Assembly (NCBI GenBank): GCA_964016885.1
Contig: OZ024744.1
Span: 28,210,001-28,274,000, forward strand
Source: Eledone cirrhosa
Taxonomy: Eukaryota
Reading direction: 5' to 3'
DNA length: 64,000 nt
Shown here in pieces: positions 22,601-36,200 of the stretch. Below the pieces are notes generated by a model. That model made no database searches and was not told the DNA's origin. It worked only from the letters and a program-made list of their open reading frames with translations. Positions within the stretch are counted from its first letter, which is position 1; the number at the start of each line of letters is the position of its first letter. The translations under genes were made by a program, and so were the position numbers.

Positions 22601-25600
22601 GTCACTGTTATTGTCACTGTTGTTGTTGTTCTCGCTGTTATCACTGTTATTGTCACAGTTGTTGTTGTCGCTGTTATCACTGTTATTGTCATTGTTGTTG
22701 TTGCCGCTGTTATAACTGTTATTGTCATTGTTGTTGTTGTTGTCGCTGTTATCACTGTTATTGTCATTGTTGTTGTTGTCGCTATTATCACTGTTATTGT
22801 CACTGTTGTTGTTATTGTCGCTGTTATCAGTGTTATTTTCACAGTTGTTGTCGCTGTTCTCATTGATATTGTCATTGTTGTTGTTGTTGTCGCCGTTATC
22901 ACTGTTATTGTCATTGTTTTTGTTGTTGCCGTCGGTGTTATAACTGTTATTAGTTACTGTTGTTGTTTTTGTTCTCGCTGTTATAACTATTATTGTCATT
23001 GTTGTTGTTGTCGCTGTTATAACTGTTATTGTCATTGTTGTTGTTGTTGTTGTCGCTGTTATAAGTGTTATTGTCACTGTTGATGTTGTTGTTCTCGCTG
23101 TTATCACTCTTATTGTCACTATTGTTGTTGTTCTCGCTGTTATCACTCTTATTGTCACTATTGTTGTTGTTGTCGCCGTTATAACTGTTATTGTCATTGT
23201 TGTTGTAGTCGCAGTTATATATGTTATTGACACTGTTCTTGTTGTTGTTATCGCTGTTATCACTCTTATTATCACTGTTGTTGTTGTTGTTGTTGTCGCT
23301 GTTATCACTGTTATTGTTCTGTTGTTGTTGTCGCTTTTATAACTGTTATTACCATTGTTGTTGTTGTTGTTGTCTCTGTTATCACTGTTATTGTCACTGT
23401 TGTTGTTGTTGTCGCTGTTATCACTGTTATTGTCACTGGTGTTGTTGTTGTTGCTGTTAGTGTCACTCTTGTTGTTTTGTTGTCGTTGTCATCACTGTTA
23501 TTGTCGCTGTTGTTGTTGTTGTCGTTGTTATCATGCTTGTTGTCACTGTTGTTGTTGTTGTGGTTGTTGTTGTTGTTATCACTGTTTGTTGTCACTGTTG
23601 TCTTTGTTGCTGTCGTTGTCATGACTGTTATTGTCACTGTTGTTGTTTTGTTGTTGTTGTCGTCGTTGTCATCACTGTTATCGTCGGTGTTGTCGTTGTT
23701 GTCCTTGTTATCATGGTTATTGTCACTGTTGTTGTCGCTGTTATCACTGTTATTGTCACTGTTGTTGTTGTCGCTGTTATTACTGTTATTGTCACTGTTG
23801 TTGTTGTTGTCATTGTTATCACTGTTATTGTCACTATTGTTGTTGTCGCTGTTATCACTGTTATTGTCACTGTTGTTGTTGTTCTCGCTGTTATCACTGT
23901 TATTGTCATTGTTGTTGTTTTTGTTGTCGCTGTTATAACTGTTACTGTCATTGTTGTCCCTGTTATCACTGTTATTGTCATTGTTGTTGTTGTTGTCGCT
24001 GTTTTCACTGTTATCGTCACTGTTGTTGTTGTTGTCGCTGTTATAACTGTTATTGTCAAAGTTGTTGTTGTCGCTGTTATAACTGTTATTGTGTTGTCGC
24101 TGTTACCACTGTTATTGTCTTTGTTGTTGTTGTTCTCGCTGTTATCACTGTTATTGTCATTGTTGTTGTTGTCGCTGTTATCACTTGTATTAGTCATTGT
24201 TGTTGTTGTTGTCGCTGTTATAACTGTTATTGTCACTGATGTTGTTATTGTCGCTGTTATAACTGTTATTGTCAAAGTTGTTGTTGTTGTCGCTGTTATA
24301 TCTGTTATTGTCACTGTTATTGTTCTTGTCGCTGTTACCACTGTTATTGTCTTTGTTGTTGTTGTGGTCGCTGTTATCACTGTTATTGTCACTGTTGTTG
24401 TTGTTGTCGCTGTTATCACTGTTATTGCCACTGTTGTTGTTGTCGCTGTTATCACTGTTATTGTCACTGTTGTTGTTGTTGTCGCTGTTATCACTGTTAT
24501 TGTCACTGTTGTTGTTGTCGCTGTTATCACTCTTATTGCCACTGTTGCTGTTGTTGTCGCTGTTATCACTGTTATTGTCACTGTTGTTGTTGTTGTCGCT
24601 GTTATCACTGTTATTGTCATTGTTGTTGTTGTCGCGGTTATCACTGTTATTGTCATTGTTGTTGTTGTTGTTGTTCTCGCTGTTATCACTGTTAATGTCA
24701 CTGTTGTTGTCGCTGTTATAACTGTTATTGTCACTATTGTTGTTGTTGTCGCTGTTATCACTGTTATTGTCACTGTTGTTGTCGCTGTTATCACTGTTAT
24801 TGTCACTGTTGTTGTCGCTGTTACAACTGTCATTGTTGTTGTTGTTATTGTCGCTGTTATCACTGTTATTGTCATTGTTGTTATTGTTGTTGTCGCTGTT
24901 ATAACTGTTATTGTCACTGTTGTTTTTGTTGTTGCCGCTGTTATCACTGTTATTGTCACTGTTGTTGTTGTCTCTGTTATAACTCTTATTGTCACTGTTG
25001 TTGTTGTCGCTGTTATCACTGTTATTGACACTGATGTTGCTGTTGTTCTCGCTGTTATCACTGTTATTGTCACTGTTGTTGTTGTTGTTCTGGCTGTTAC
25101 CACTGTTATTGTCACTGTTGTTGTTGTTGTTGTTGTCGTTGTTATCACTGTTATTGTCATTATTGTTATTGTCGCTGTTATCACTGTTATTGTCATTGTT
25201 GTTGTTGTTGTTGTCGCTGTTATCACTGTTATTGTCACTGTTGTTGTTGTTGTCGCTTCTATAACTGTTATTGTCACTATTGCTGTTGTTGTTGTCGCTG
25301 TTATCACTCTTACTGTCATTGTTGTTGTTGTCGCTGTTATCACTGTTATTGTCACTGTTGTTGTTGTCGCTGTTATCACTCTTATTGCCACTGTTGCTGT
25401 TGTTGTCGCTGTTATCACTGTTATTGTCACTGTTGTTGTTGTTGTCGCTGTTATCACTGTTTTTGTCATTGTTGTTGTTGTGGCGGTTATCACTGTTATT
25501 GTCACTGTTGTCTTTGTTGTTGTCGTTGTCATGACTGTTATTGTCGATGTTGTTGTTGTTGTTGTCGCTGTTATTGTCACTGTTGTTGTTTTGTTGTTGT

Positions 25601-28600
25601 TGTCGTCGTTGTCATCACTGTTATCGTCGCTGTTGTCGTTGTTGTCCTTGTTATCATGGTTATTGTCACTGTTGTTGTCGCTGTTATCACTGTTATTGTC
25701 ACTGTTGTTGTTGTCGCTGTTACTACTGTTATTGTCACTGTTGTTGTTGTTGTCGTCATTGTTATCACTGTTATTGTCACTATTGTTGTTGTCGCTGTTA
25801 TCACTGTTATTGTCACTGTTGTTGTTGTTCTCGCTGTTATCATTGTTATTGTCATTGTTGTTGTTTTTGTTGTCGCTGTTATAACTGTTACTGTCATTGT
25901 TGTCCCTGTTATCACTGTTATTGTCATTGTTGTTGTTGTTGTCGCTGTTTTCACTGTTATCGTCACTGTTGTTGTTGTTGTCGCTGTTATAACTGTTATT
26001 GTCAAAGTAGTTGTTGTCGCTGTTATAACTGTTATTGTGTTGTCGCTGTTACCACTGTTATTGTCTTTGTTGTTGTTGTTCTCGCTGTTATCACTGTTAT
26101 TGTCATTGTTGTTGTTGTCGCTGTTATAACTGTTATTGTCACTGTTATTGTTCTTGTCGCTGTTACCACTGTTATTGTCTTTGTTGTTGTTGTGGTCGCT
26201 GTTATCACTGTTATTGTCACTGTTGTTGTTGTTGTCGCTGTTATCACTGTGATTGTCACTGTTATCACTCTTATTGCCACTGTTGCTGTCGCTGTTATCA
26301 CTGTTATTGTCACTGTTGTTGTTGTTGTCGCTGTTATCACTGTTATTGTCATTGTTGTTGTTGTCGCGGTTATCACTGTTATTGTCATTGTTGTTGTTGT
26401 TGTTGTTCTCGCTGTTATCACTGTTAATGTCACTGTTGTTGTCGCTGTTATAACTGTTATTGTCACTGTTGTTGTTGTTGTCGCTGTTATCACTGTTATT
26501 GTCACTGTTGTTGTCGCTGTTATCACTGTTATTGTCACTGTTGTTGTCGCTGTTACAACTGTCATTGTTGTTGTTGTTATTGTCGCTGTTATCACTGTTA
26601 TTGTCATTGTTGTTATTGTTGTTGTCGCTGTTATAACTGTTATTGTCACTGTTGTTTTTGTTGTTGCCGCTGTTATCACTGTTATTGTCACTGTTGTTGT
26701 TGTCTCTGTTATAACTGTTATTGTCACTGTTGTTGTTGTCGCTGTTATCACTGTTATTGACACTGTTGTTGCTGTTGTTCTCGCTGTTATCACTGTTATT
26801 GTCACTGTTGTTGTTGTTGTTCTGGCTGTTACCACTGTTATTGTCACTGTTGTTGTTGTTGTTGTTGTCGCTGTTATCACTGTTATTGTCATTGTTGTTG
26901 TTGTTGTCGCTGTTATCACTGTTATTGTCACTGTTGTTGTTGTCGCTTCTATAACTGTTATTGTCACTATTGCTGTTGTTGTTGTCGCTGTTATCACTCT
27001 TACTGTCATTGTTGTTGTTGTCGCTGTTATCACTGTTATTGTCACTGTTGTTGTTGTCGCTGTTATCACTCTTATTGCCACTGTTGCTGTTGTTGTCGCT
27101 GTTATCACTGTTGTTGTCGCTGTTATCACTGTTATTGTCACTGTTGTTGTTGTTGTCGCTGTTATCACTGTTATTGTCATTGTTGTTGTTGTGGCGGTTA
27201 TCACTGTTATTGTCACTGTTGTTGTCGCTGTTATAACTGTTATTGTCACTGTTGTTGTTGTTGTCGCTGTTATCACTGTTATTGTCACTGTTGTTGTCGC
27301 TGTTATCACTGTTATTGTCACTGTTTTTGTCGCTGTTACAACTGTCATTGTTGTTGTTGTTATTGTCGCTGTTATCACTGTTATTGTCATTGCTGTTATT
27401 GTTGTTGTCGCTGTTATAACTGTTATTCTCACTGTTGTTTTTGTTGTTGCCGCTGTTATCACAGTTATTGTCACTGTTGTTGTTGTCTCTGTTATAACTG
27501 TTATTGTCACTGTTGTTGTTGTCACTGTTATTGTCACTGTTGTTGTTGTTCTCGCTGTTATCACTGTTATTGTCACAGTTGTTGTTGTCGCTGTTATCAC
27601 TGTTATTGTCATTGTTGTTGTTGCCGCTGTTATAACTGTTATTGTCATTGTTATTGTTGTCGCTGTTATCACTGTTATTGTCATTGTTGTTGTTGTCGCT
27701 ATTATCACTGTTATTGTCACTGTTGTTGTTATTGTCGCTGTTATCAGTGTTATTTTCACAGTTGTTGTCGCTGTTCTCATTGATATTGTCATTGTTGTTG
27801 TTGTTGTCGCCGTTATCACTGTTATTGTCATTGTTTTTGTTGTTGCTGTCGGTGTTATAACTGTTATTAGTTACTGTTGTTGTTGTTGTTCTCGCTGTTA
27901 TAACTATTATTGTCATTGTTGTTGTTGTCGCTGTTATAACTGTTATTGTCATTGTTGTTGTTGTCGCTGTTATAAGTGTTATTGTCACTGTTGATGTTGT
28001 TGTTCTCGCTGTTATCACTCTTATTGTCACTATTGTTGTTGTTCTCGCTGTTATCACTCTTATTGTCACTATTGTTGTTGTTGTCGCCGTTATAACTGTT
28101 ATTGTCATTGTTGTTGTAGTCGCAGTTATATATGTTATTGACACTGTTCTTGTTGTTGTTATCGCTGTTATCACTGTTATTATCACTGTTGTTGTTGTTG
28201 TTGTTGTCGCTGTTATCACTGTTATTGTTCTGTTGTTGTTGTCGCTTTTATAACTGTTATTACCATTGTTGTTGTTGTTGTTGTCTCTGTTATCACTGTT
28301 ATTGTCACTGTTGTTGTTGTCGCTCTTATCACTGTTATTGTCACTGGTGTTGTTGTTGTTGCTGTTAGTGTCACTCTTGTTGTTTTGTTGTCGTTGTCCT
28401 CGTTGTCATCACTGTTATTGTCGCTGTTGTTGTTGTTGTCGTTGTTATCATGCTTGTTGTCACTGTTGTTGTTGTTGTGGTTGTTGTTGTTGTTATCACT
28501 GTTATTGTCACCTTTGTCTTTGTTGTTGTCGTTGTCATGACTGTTATTGTCGCTGTTGTTGTTGTTGTCGCTGTTATTGTCACTGTTGTTGTTTTGTTGT

Positions 28601-31600
28601 TGTTGTCGTCGTTGTCATCACTGTTATCGTCGCTGTTGTCGTTGTTGTCCTTGTTATCATGGTTATTGTCACTGTTGTTGTCGCTGTTATCACTGTTATT
28701 GTCACTGTTGTTGTTGTCGCTGTTACTACTGTTATTGTCACTCTTGTTGTTGTTGTTGTCATTGTTATCACTGTTATTGTCACTATTGTTGTTGTCGCTG
28801 TTATCACTGTTATTGTCACTGTTGTTGTTGTTCTCGCTGTTATCACTGTTATTGTCATTGTTGTTGTTTTTGTTGTCGCTGTTATAACTGTTACTGTCAT
28901 TGTTGTCCCTGTTATCACTGTTATTGTCATTGTTGTTGTTGTCGCTGTTTTCACTGTTATCGTCACTGTTGTTGTTGTTGTCGCTGTTATAACTGTTATT
29001 GTCAAAGTTGTTGTTGTCGCTGTTATAACTGTTATTGTGTTGTCGCTGTTACCACTGTTATTGTCTTTGTTGTTGTTGTTCTCGCTGTTATCACTGTTAT
29101 TGTCATTGTTGTTGTTGTCGCTGTTATAACTGTTATTGTCACTGTTATTGTTCTTGTCGCTGTTACCACTGTTATTGTCTTTGTTGTTGTTGTGGTCGCT
29201 GTTATCACTGTCATTGTCACTGTTGTTGTTGTTGTCGCTGTTATCACTGTTATTGCCACTGTTGTTGTTGTCGCTGTTATCACTGTTATTGTCACTGTTG
29301 TTGTTGTTGTCGCTGTTATCACTGTTATTGTCACTGTTATCACTCTTATTGCCACTGTTGCTGTCGCTGTTATCACTGTTATTGTCACTGTTGTTGTTGT
29401 TGTCGCTGTTATCACTGTTATTGTCATTGTTGTTGTTGTCGCGGTTATCACTGTTATTGTCATTGTTGTTGTTGTTGTTGTTCTCGCTGTTATCACTGTT
29501 AATGTCACTGTTGTTGTCGCTGTTATAACTGTTATTGTCACTGTTGTTGTTGTTGTCGCTGTTATCACTGTTATTGTCACTGTTGTTGTCGCTGTTATCA
29601 CTGTTATTGTCACTGTTACAACTGTCATTGTTGTTGTTGTTATTGTCGCTGTTATCACTGTTATTGTCATTGTTGTTATTGTTGTTGTCGCTGTTATAAC
29701 TGTTATTGTCACTGTTGTTTTTGTTGTTGCCGCTGTTATCACTGTTATTGTCACTGTTGTTGTTGTCTCTGTTATCACTGTTATTGTCACTGTTGTTGTT
29801 GTTCTCGCTGTTATCACTGTTATTGTCATTGTTGTTGTCGCTGTTATCACTGTTATTGTCACTGTTGCAGTTGTTGTCGCTGTTATCTGTTATTGTGATT
29901 GTTGTTGTTGTCGCTGTTATAACTGTTATTGTTATTGTTGTTGTTGTTGTTCTCGCAGTTATCACTGTTATTGTCACTGTTGTTTTTGTTGCTGTCGGTG
30001 TTATAACTGTTATTAGTTAATGTTGTTGTTGTTCTCGCTGTTATAACTGTTATTGTCATTGTTGTTGTTGTCGCTGTTATCACTGTTATTGTCATTGTTG
30101 TTGTTGTCGCTATTATCACTGTTATTGTCACTGTTGTTGTTGTCGCTGTTATCACTGTTATTGTCACAGTTGTTGTCGCTGTTATCACTGTTATTGTCAT
30201 TGTTGTTGTTGTTGTTGTCGCTGTTATCACTGTTATTGTCATTGTTGTTGTCGCTATTATCGCTGTTATTGTCACTGTTGTTGTTGGTCTCGCTGGTATA
30301 ACTGTTATTGTCACTGTTGTTGTTGCTGTTATAACTGTTATTACACTGTTGTTGTTCTTGTCGCTGTTATAACTGTTATTGTCATTGTTGTTGTTGTCGC
30401 TGTTATCAATGTTATTGTCATTGTTGTTGTTGTTGTTCTCACTGTTATCACTGTTATTGTCACTGTTGTTGTTGTTGTTCTCGCTGTTATCACTCTTATT
30501 GTCACTATTGTTGTTGTTGTCGCCGTTATAACTGTTATTGTCACTGTTGTTGTTGTCGCTGTTTTAACTGTTATTGTCATTGTTGTTGTAGTCGCAGTTA
30601 TATATGTAATTGACACTGTTGTTGTTGTTCTCGCTGTTATCACTGTTATTATCACTGTTGTTGTTGTCGCTGTTATCACTGTTGTTGTTGTCGTTGTCGC
30701 TGTTATCACTGTCATTGTCACTGTTGTTGTCGCTGTTATCACTGTTATCGTCATCGTTGTTGTTGTTCTCGCTGTTATCACTGTTATTGTCACTGTTGTC
30801 GCTGTTATCACTGTTATTGTCACTGTTGTTGGTGTCGCTGTTATCACTGTTATTGTCACTGTTGTTCTTGTCGCTGTTATAACTCTTATTGTCATTGTTG
30901 TTGTTGTTGTTGTCGCTGTTATCACTGTTATTGTCACTGATGTTGTTGTTCTCGCTGTTATCACTGTTATTGTCACTGTTGTTGTTGTTGTTGTTGTTCT
31001 CGCTGTTATCACTGTTATTGTCATTGCTGTTGTTGTTGTCGCTGTTATCACTGTTATTGTCACTATTGTTGTTGTTCTCGCTGTTATTGTCATTGTTGTT
31101 GTTGTTGTTGTTGTTGTTGTCGCTGTTATCAGTGTTATTGTCACTGTTGTTGTTGTACTCGCTGTTATCACTGTTATTGTCATTGTTGTTGTTGTTGTCG
31201 CTGTTATCACTGTTATTGTCACTGTTGTTCTCGCTGTTATAACTGTTATTGTGACTGTTGTTGTTGTTATTGTTGTCGCTGTTATAACTGTTATTGTCAC
31301 TGTTGTTGCTGTCGCTGTTATAACTGTTATTGTTACTGTTGTTGTTGCTGTTGTCGCTGTCATAACTCTTATTGTCACTGTTGTTGTTGTTGTTGTTGTC
31401 GTTGTTATCACTGTTATTGTCATTATTGTTGTTCTCGCTGTTATCACTGTTATTGTCACTGTTGTTGTTGTCGTGTTATAACTTTTATTGTCACTATTTT
31501 TGTTGGCGCTGTTATCACTGTTATTGTCATTGTTGTTGTTGTCGCTGTTATCACTGTTATTGTCCCTGATGTTGTCGCTGTTATAACTGTTATTGTCAAT

Positions 31601-33250
31601 ATTGTCAATATTGTTGTTCTCGCTGCTATCCCTGTTATTGTTACAGTTGTTGTTGTTGTTCTCGCTGTTATCACAGTTATTGTCACTGTTGTTCTGTTGT
31701 TCTCGCTGTTATCACTGTTATTGTCACTGTTGTTGTTATTGTCGTAGCTGTTATATCTGTTATTGTCACTGTTATTGTTGTTGCTGTCGCTGTTATCACT
31801 GTTATTGTCATTGTTGTTGTTGTTGTACTCGCTGTTATCACTGTTATTGTCACTGTTGTTGTCGCTGTTATCACTGTTATTGTCATTGTTATTGTTGTTG
31901 TCGCTGTTATCACTGTTATTGTCACTGTTGTTGTTGTTGTCCCTGTTATCACTGTTATTGTCACTGTTGTTGTTGTTGTTGTCACTGTTATTTATAAATG
32001 TTATTGTCACTGTTGTTGTTGTCGCTGTTATAACTGTTATTGTCACTGTTGTTGTTGTCACTGTTATTTATAAATGTTATTGTCACTGTTGTTGTTGTCG
32101 CTGTTATGACTCTTATTGTCACTGTTGTTGTTGTCGCTGTTATTACTGTTATTGTCACTGTTTTTGTTGTTGTCGCTGTTATCACTGTTATTGTCACTGC
32201 TGATGTTGTTGTCTCTGTTATCACTGTTATTGTCATTGTTGTTATTGTTGTTGTCGCTGTCATAACTGTTATTGTCACTGTTGTTGTTGTCGCTGTTATC
32301 ACTGTTATTGTCACTGTTGTTGTCGCCGTTATCACTGTTATTGTCATTGTTGTTGTTGTCGCTGTTATAACTGTTATTGTCATTGTTGTTGTTGTTGTTG
32401 TTGTCGCTGTTATGACTGTTATTGTCATTGTTGTTGTCGCTGTTATCACTGTTATTTTCACTGTTGTTGTTGTTGTTGTCGTTGTTATAACTGTTATTGT
32501 CATAGTTGTTGTTGTCGCTGTTATAACTGTTATTGTCACTGTTGTTGTTGTTGTCGCTGTTATTGTCACTGTTGTTGTTTTGTTGTTGTTGTTGTCGCTG
32601 TTATCACTGTTATTGTTCTCTTGTTGTTGTTGTTGTCGCTGTTATAACTGTTATTGCCATTGTTGTTTTTGTTGTTGTTGTCTCTGTTATCACTGTTATT
32701 GTCACTGTTGTTGTTGTCGCTGTTATAACTGTTATTGTTATTGGTGTTGTTGTCGCTGTTATGACTGTTATTTTCATAATTGTTGTTGTCGTTGTTATCA
32801 CTGTTAATGTCATTGTTGTTGTTGTTTTTGTCGCTGTTATTACTGTTATTGTCACTGTGGTTGTTGTTGTTCTCGCTGTTATGACAGTTATTGTCACTGT
32901 TGTTGTTGTCGCTGTTATAACTATTATTGTCACTGTTGTTGTTGTTGTCGATGTTATTGTCACTGTTATTGCCACTGTTGTTGTTGTTGTTGTCTCTATT
33001 ATCACTGTTATTGTTACTGTTGTTGTTGTCGCTGTTATAACTGATATTGTTATTGGTGTTTTTGTTGTCGCTGTAATAACTGTTATTGTCATTATTGTTG
33101 TTGTCGCTGTTATCACTGTTATTGTCACTGTTGTTGTTTTGTTGTTGTTGTTGTCGTCGTTGTCATCACTGTTATTGTCACTTTTGTTGTTGTTGTTGTC
33201 GTTGTTATCATGCTTATTGTCACTGTTGTTGTTGTCGTTGTTGTCGTTGT
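14435..33250. repeat. ~18.7 kb tandem duplication, copy 1
   Basis: The ORF track recurs at constant offsets: +18802 (14620/33422 to 21235/40037), +18649 (23221/41870 to 31251/49900), +18607 (31372/49979) and +18688 (31988/50676 to 33086/51774). Boundaries were checked in the nucleotide sequence. Confidence 0.93.
22260..29770. repeat. Overlapping 1.7-4.9 kb block duplications
   Basis: Paired ORFs 22722/27642 and 23221/28132 (~4.9 kb); 24989/26721 and 25271/26961 (~1.7 kb); 25541/28547 and 26035/29035 (~3.0 kb). Boundaries approximate. Confidence 0.75.
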
Positions 33251-36200
33251 TATCACTGTTATTGTCATTGTTGTTGTTGTTGTCGCTGTTATCACTGTTA
33301 TTGTCACTGTTGTTGTCGCTGTTATAACTGTTATTGTCACTGTTGTTGTTGTTGTCGGTGTTATAACTGTTATTAGTTACTGTTGTTGTTGTTGATGTTG
33401 TTCTTGCTGTTATAACTATTATTGTCATTGTTGTTGTTGTTGCTGTCGGTGTTATTACTGTTAATGCCATTGTTGTTGTTGTTGTTGTCTCTGTTATCAC
33501 TGTTATTGTCACTGTTGTTGTCGCTGTTATTGTCACTGTTGTTGTCGTTGTTGTTGTTGTCGCTGTTATCACTGTTATTGTGCTGTTGTTGTTGTTGTCG
33601 CTGTTATAACTGTTAATGTCACTGTTGTTGTTCTCGCTGTTATCACTGTTATTGTCATTGTTGTTGTTATTGTTGTTGTTGTTGTCGCTGTTATCATTGT
33701 TATTGTCATTGTTGTTGTTATTGTCGCTGTTATAACTGTTATTGTCACTGTTGTTGTTGTCGCTGTTATCACTGTTATTGTAACTGTTGTTGTTGTTGTC
33801 ACTGTTATAAATGTTATTGTCACTGTTGTTTTTGTTGTCGCTTTTATCACTGTTATTGTCACTGTTGTTGTTGTCGCTGTTATAACTGTTATTGTCACTG
33901 TTTATGTTGTCGCTGTTATAACTGTTATTGTCACTGTTGTTGTTGTCCCTGTTATAACTGTTATTGTCACTGTTGTTGTTGTTGTCGCTGTTATCACTGT
34001 TATTGTCACTGTTATTGTCCTTGTCGCTGTTACCACTGTTATTGTCTTTGTTGTTGTTGTGGTCGCTGTTATCACTGTTATTGTCACTGTTGTTGTTGTT
34101 GTCGCTGTTATCACTGTTATTGCCACTGTTGTTGTTGTTGTCGCTGTTATCACTGTTATTGTCACTGTTGTTGTTGTTGTTGTCGCTGTTATCACTGTTA
34201 TTGTCACTGTTGTTGTTGTCGCTGTTATCACTGTTATTGCCACTGTTGCTGTTGTTGTCGCTGTTATCACTGTTATTGTCACTGTTGTTATTGTTGTCGC
34301 TGTTATCACTGTTATTGTCACTGTTGTTGTTGTCGCTGTTATCAATGTTATTGTCACTGTTGCTGTTGTTGTCGCTGTTATCACTGTTATTGTCATTGTT
34401 GTTGTTGTTGTCGCGGTTATCACTGTTATTGTCATTGTTGTTGTTGTTGTTGTTGTTGTTGTCGCTGTTATCATTGTTATTGTCATTGTTGTCTCTGTTA
34501 TCACTGTTATTGTCACTGTTGTTGTCGCTGTTACAACTGTCCTTGTTGTTGTTGTTATTGTCGCTGTTATCACTGTTATTGTCATTGTTGTTGTTATTGT
34601 CGCTGTTATCACTGTTATTGTCACTGTTGTTGTTGTCGCTGTTATCACTGTTATTGTAACTGTTGTTGTTGTCGCTGTTATAACTGTTATTGTCACTGTT
34701 TATGTTGTCGCTGTTATAACTGTTATTGTCACTGTTGTTGTTGTCCCTGTTATAACTGTTATTGTCACTGTTGTTGTTGTTGTCGCTGTTATCATTGTTA
34801 TTGTCACTGTTGTTGTTGTCGCTGTTATCACTGTTATTGTCATTGTTGTTGTTGTTGTCGCGGTTATCACTGTTAGTGTCACTGTTTTGTTGTTGTCGCT
34901 GTTATCACTGTTATTGTCACTGTTGTTGTTGTCGCTGTTATCACTGTTATTGTCACTGTTGTTGTCGCTGTTATCACTGTTATTGTCATTGTTGTTGTTG
35001 TTGTCGCGGTTATCACTGTTATTGTCATTGTTGTTGTTGTTGTCGCTGTTATCACTGTTATTGTCATTGTTGTTGTTGCCGCTGTTATAACTGTTATTGT
35101 CATTGTTGTTGTTGTTGTCGCTGTTATCACTGTTATTGTCATTGTTGTTGTTGTCGCTATTATCACTGTTATTGTCACTGTTGTTGTTATTGTCGCTGTT
35201 ATCACTGTTATTTTCACACTTGTTGTCGCTGTTCTCATTGATATTGTCATTGTTGTTGTTGTTGTCGCCGTTATCACTGTTATTGTCATTGTTTTTGTTG
35301 TTGCTGTCGGTGTTATAACTGTTATTAGTTACTGTTGTTGTTGTTGTTCTCGCTGTTATAACTATTATTGTCATTGTTGTTGTTGTCGCTGTTATAACTG
35401 TTATTGTCATTGTTGTTGTTGTTGTTGTCGCTGTTATAAGTGTTATTGTCACTGTTGATGTTGTTGTTCTCGCTGTTATCACTCTTATTTCACTATTGTT
35501 GTTGTTCTCGCTGTTATCACTCTTATTGTCACTATTGTTGTTGTTGTCGCCGTTATAACTGTTATTGTCATTGTTGTTGTAGTCGCAGTTATATATGTTA
35601 TTGACACTGTTCTTGTTGTTGTTATCGCTGTTATCACTGTTATTATCACTGTTGTTGTTGTTGTTGTTGTCGCTGTTATCACTGTTATTGTTCTGTTGTT
35701 GTTGTCGCTTTTATAACTGTTATTACCATTGTTGTTGTTGTTGTTGTTGTCTCTGTTATCACTGTTATTGTCACTGTTGTTGTTGTTGTCGCTGTTATCA
35801 CTGTTATTGTCACTGGTGTTGTTGTTGTTGCTGTTAGTGTCACTCTTGTTGTTTTGTTGTCGTTGTCCTCGTTGTCATCACTGTTATTGTCGCTGTTGTT
35901 GTTGTTGTCGTTGTTATCATGCTTGTTGTCACTGTTGTTGTTGTTGTGGTTGTTGTTGTTGTTATCACTGTTATTGTCACTGTTGTCTTTGTTTGTTGTC
36001 GTTGTCATGACTGTTATTGTCACTGTTGTTGTTTTGTTGTTGTTGTCGTCGTTGTCATCACTGTTATCGTCGGTGTTGTCGTTGTTGTCCTTGTTATCAT
36101 GGTTATTGTCACTGTTGTTGTCGTTGTTATCACTGTTATTGTCACTGTTGTTGTTGTCGCTGTTATTACTGTTATTGTCACTGTTGTCTTGTTGTTGTTG

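Noticed and set aside
25577-28219. 880-aa Asn/Asp/Ser-rich ORF resembling Plasmodium or Dictyostelium low-complexity or Ser-Asp repeat proteins
   Set aside because: It switches between the Thr frame and the Asn frame at satellite indels, is duplicated almost verbatim at 44226-46868, and has no globular domain.
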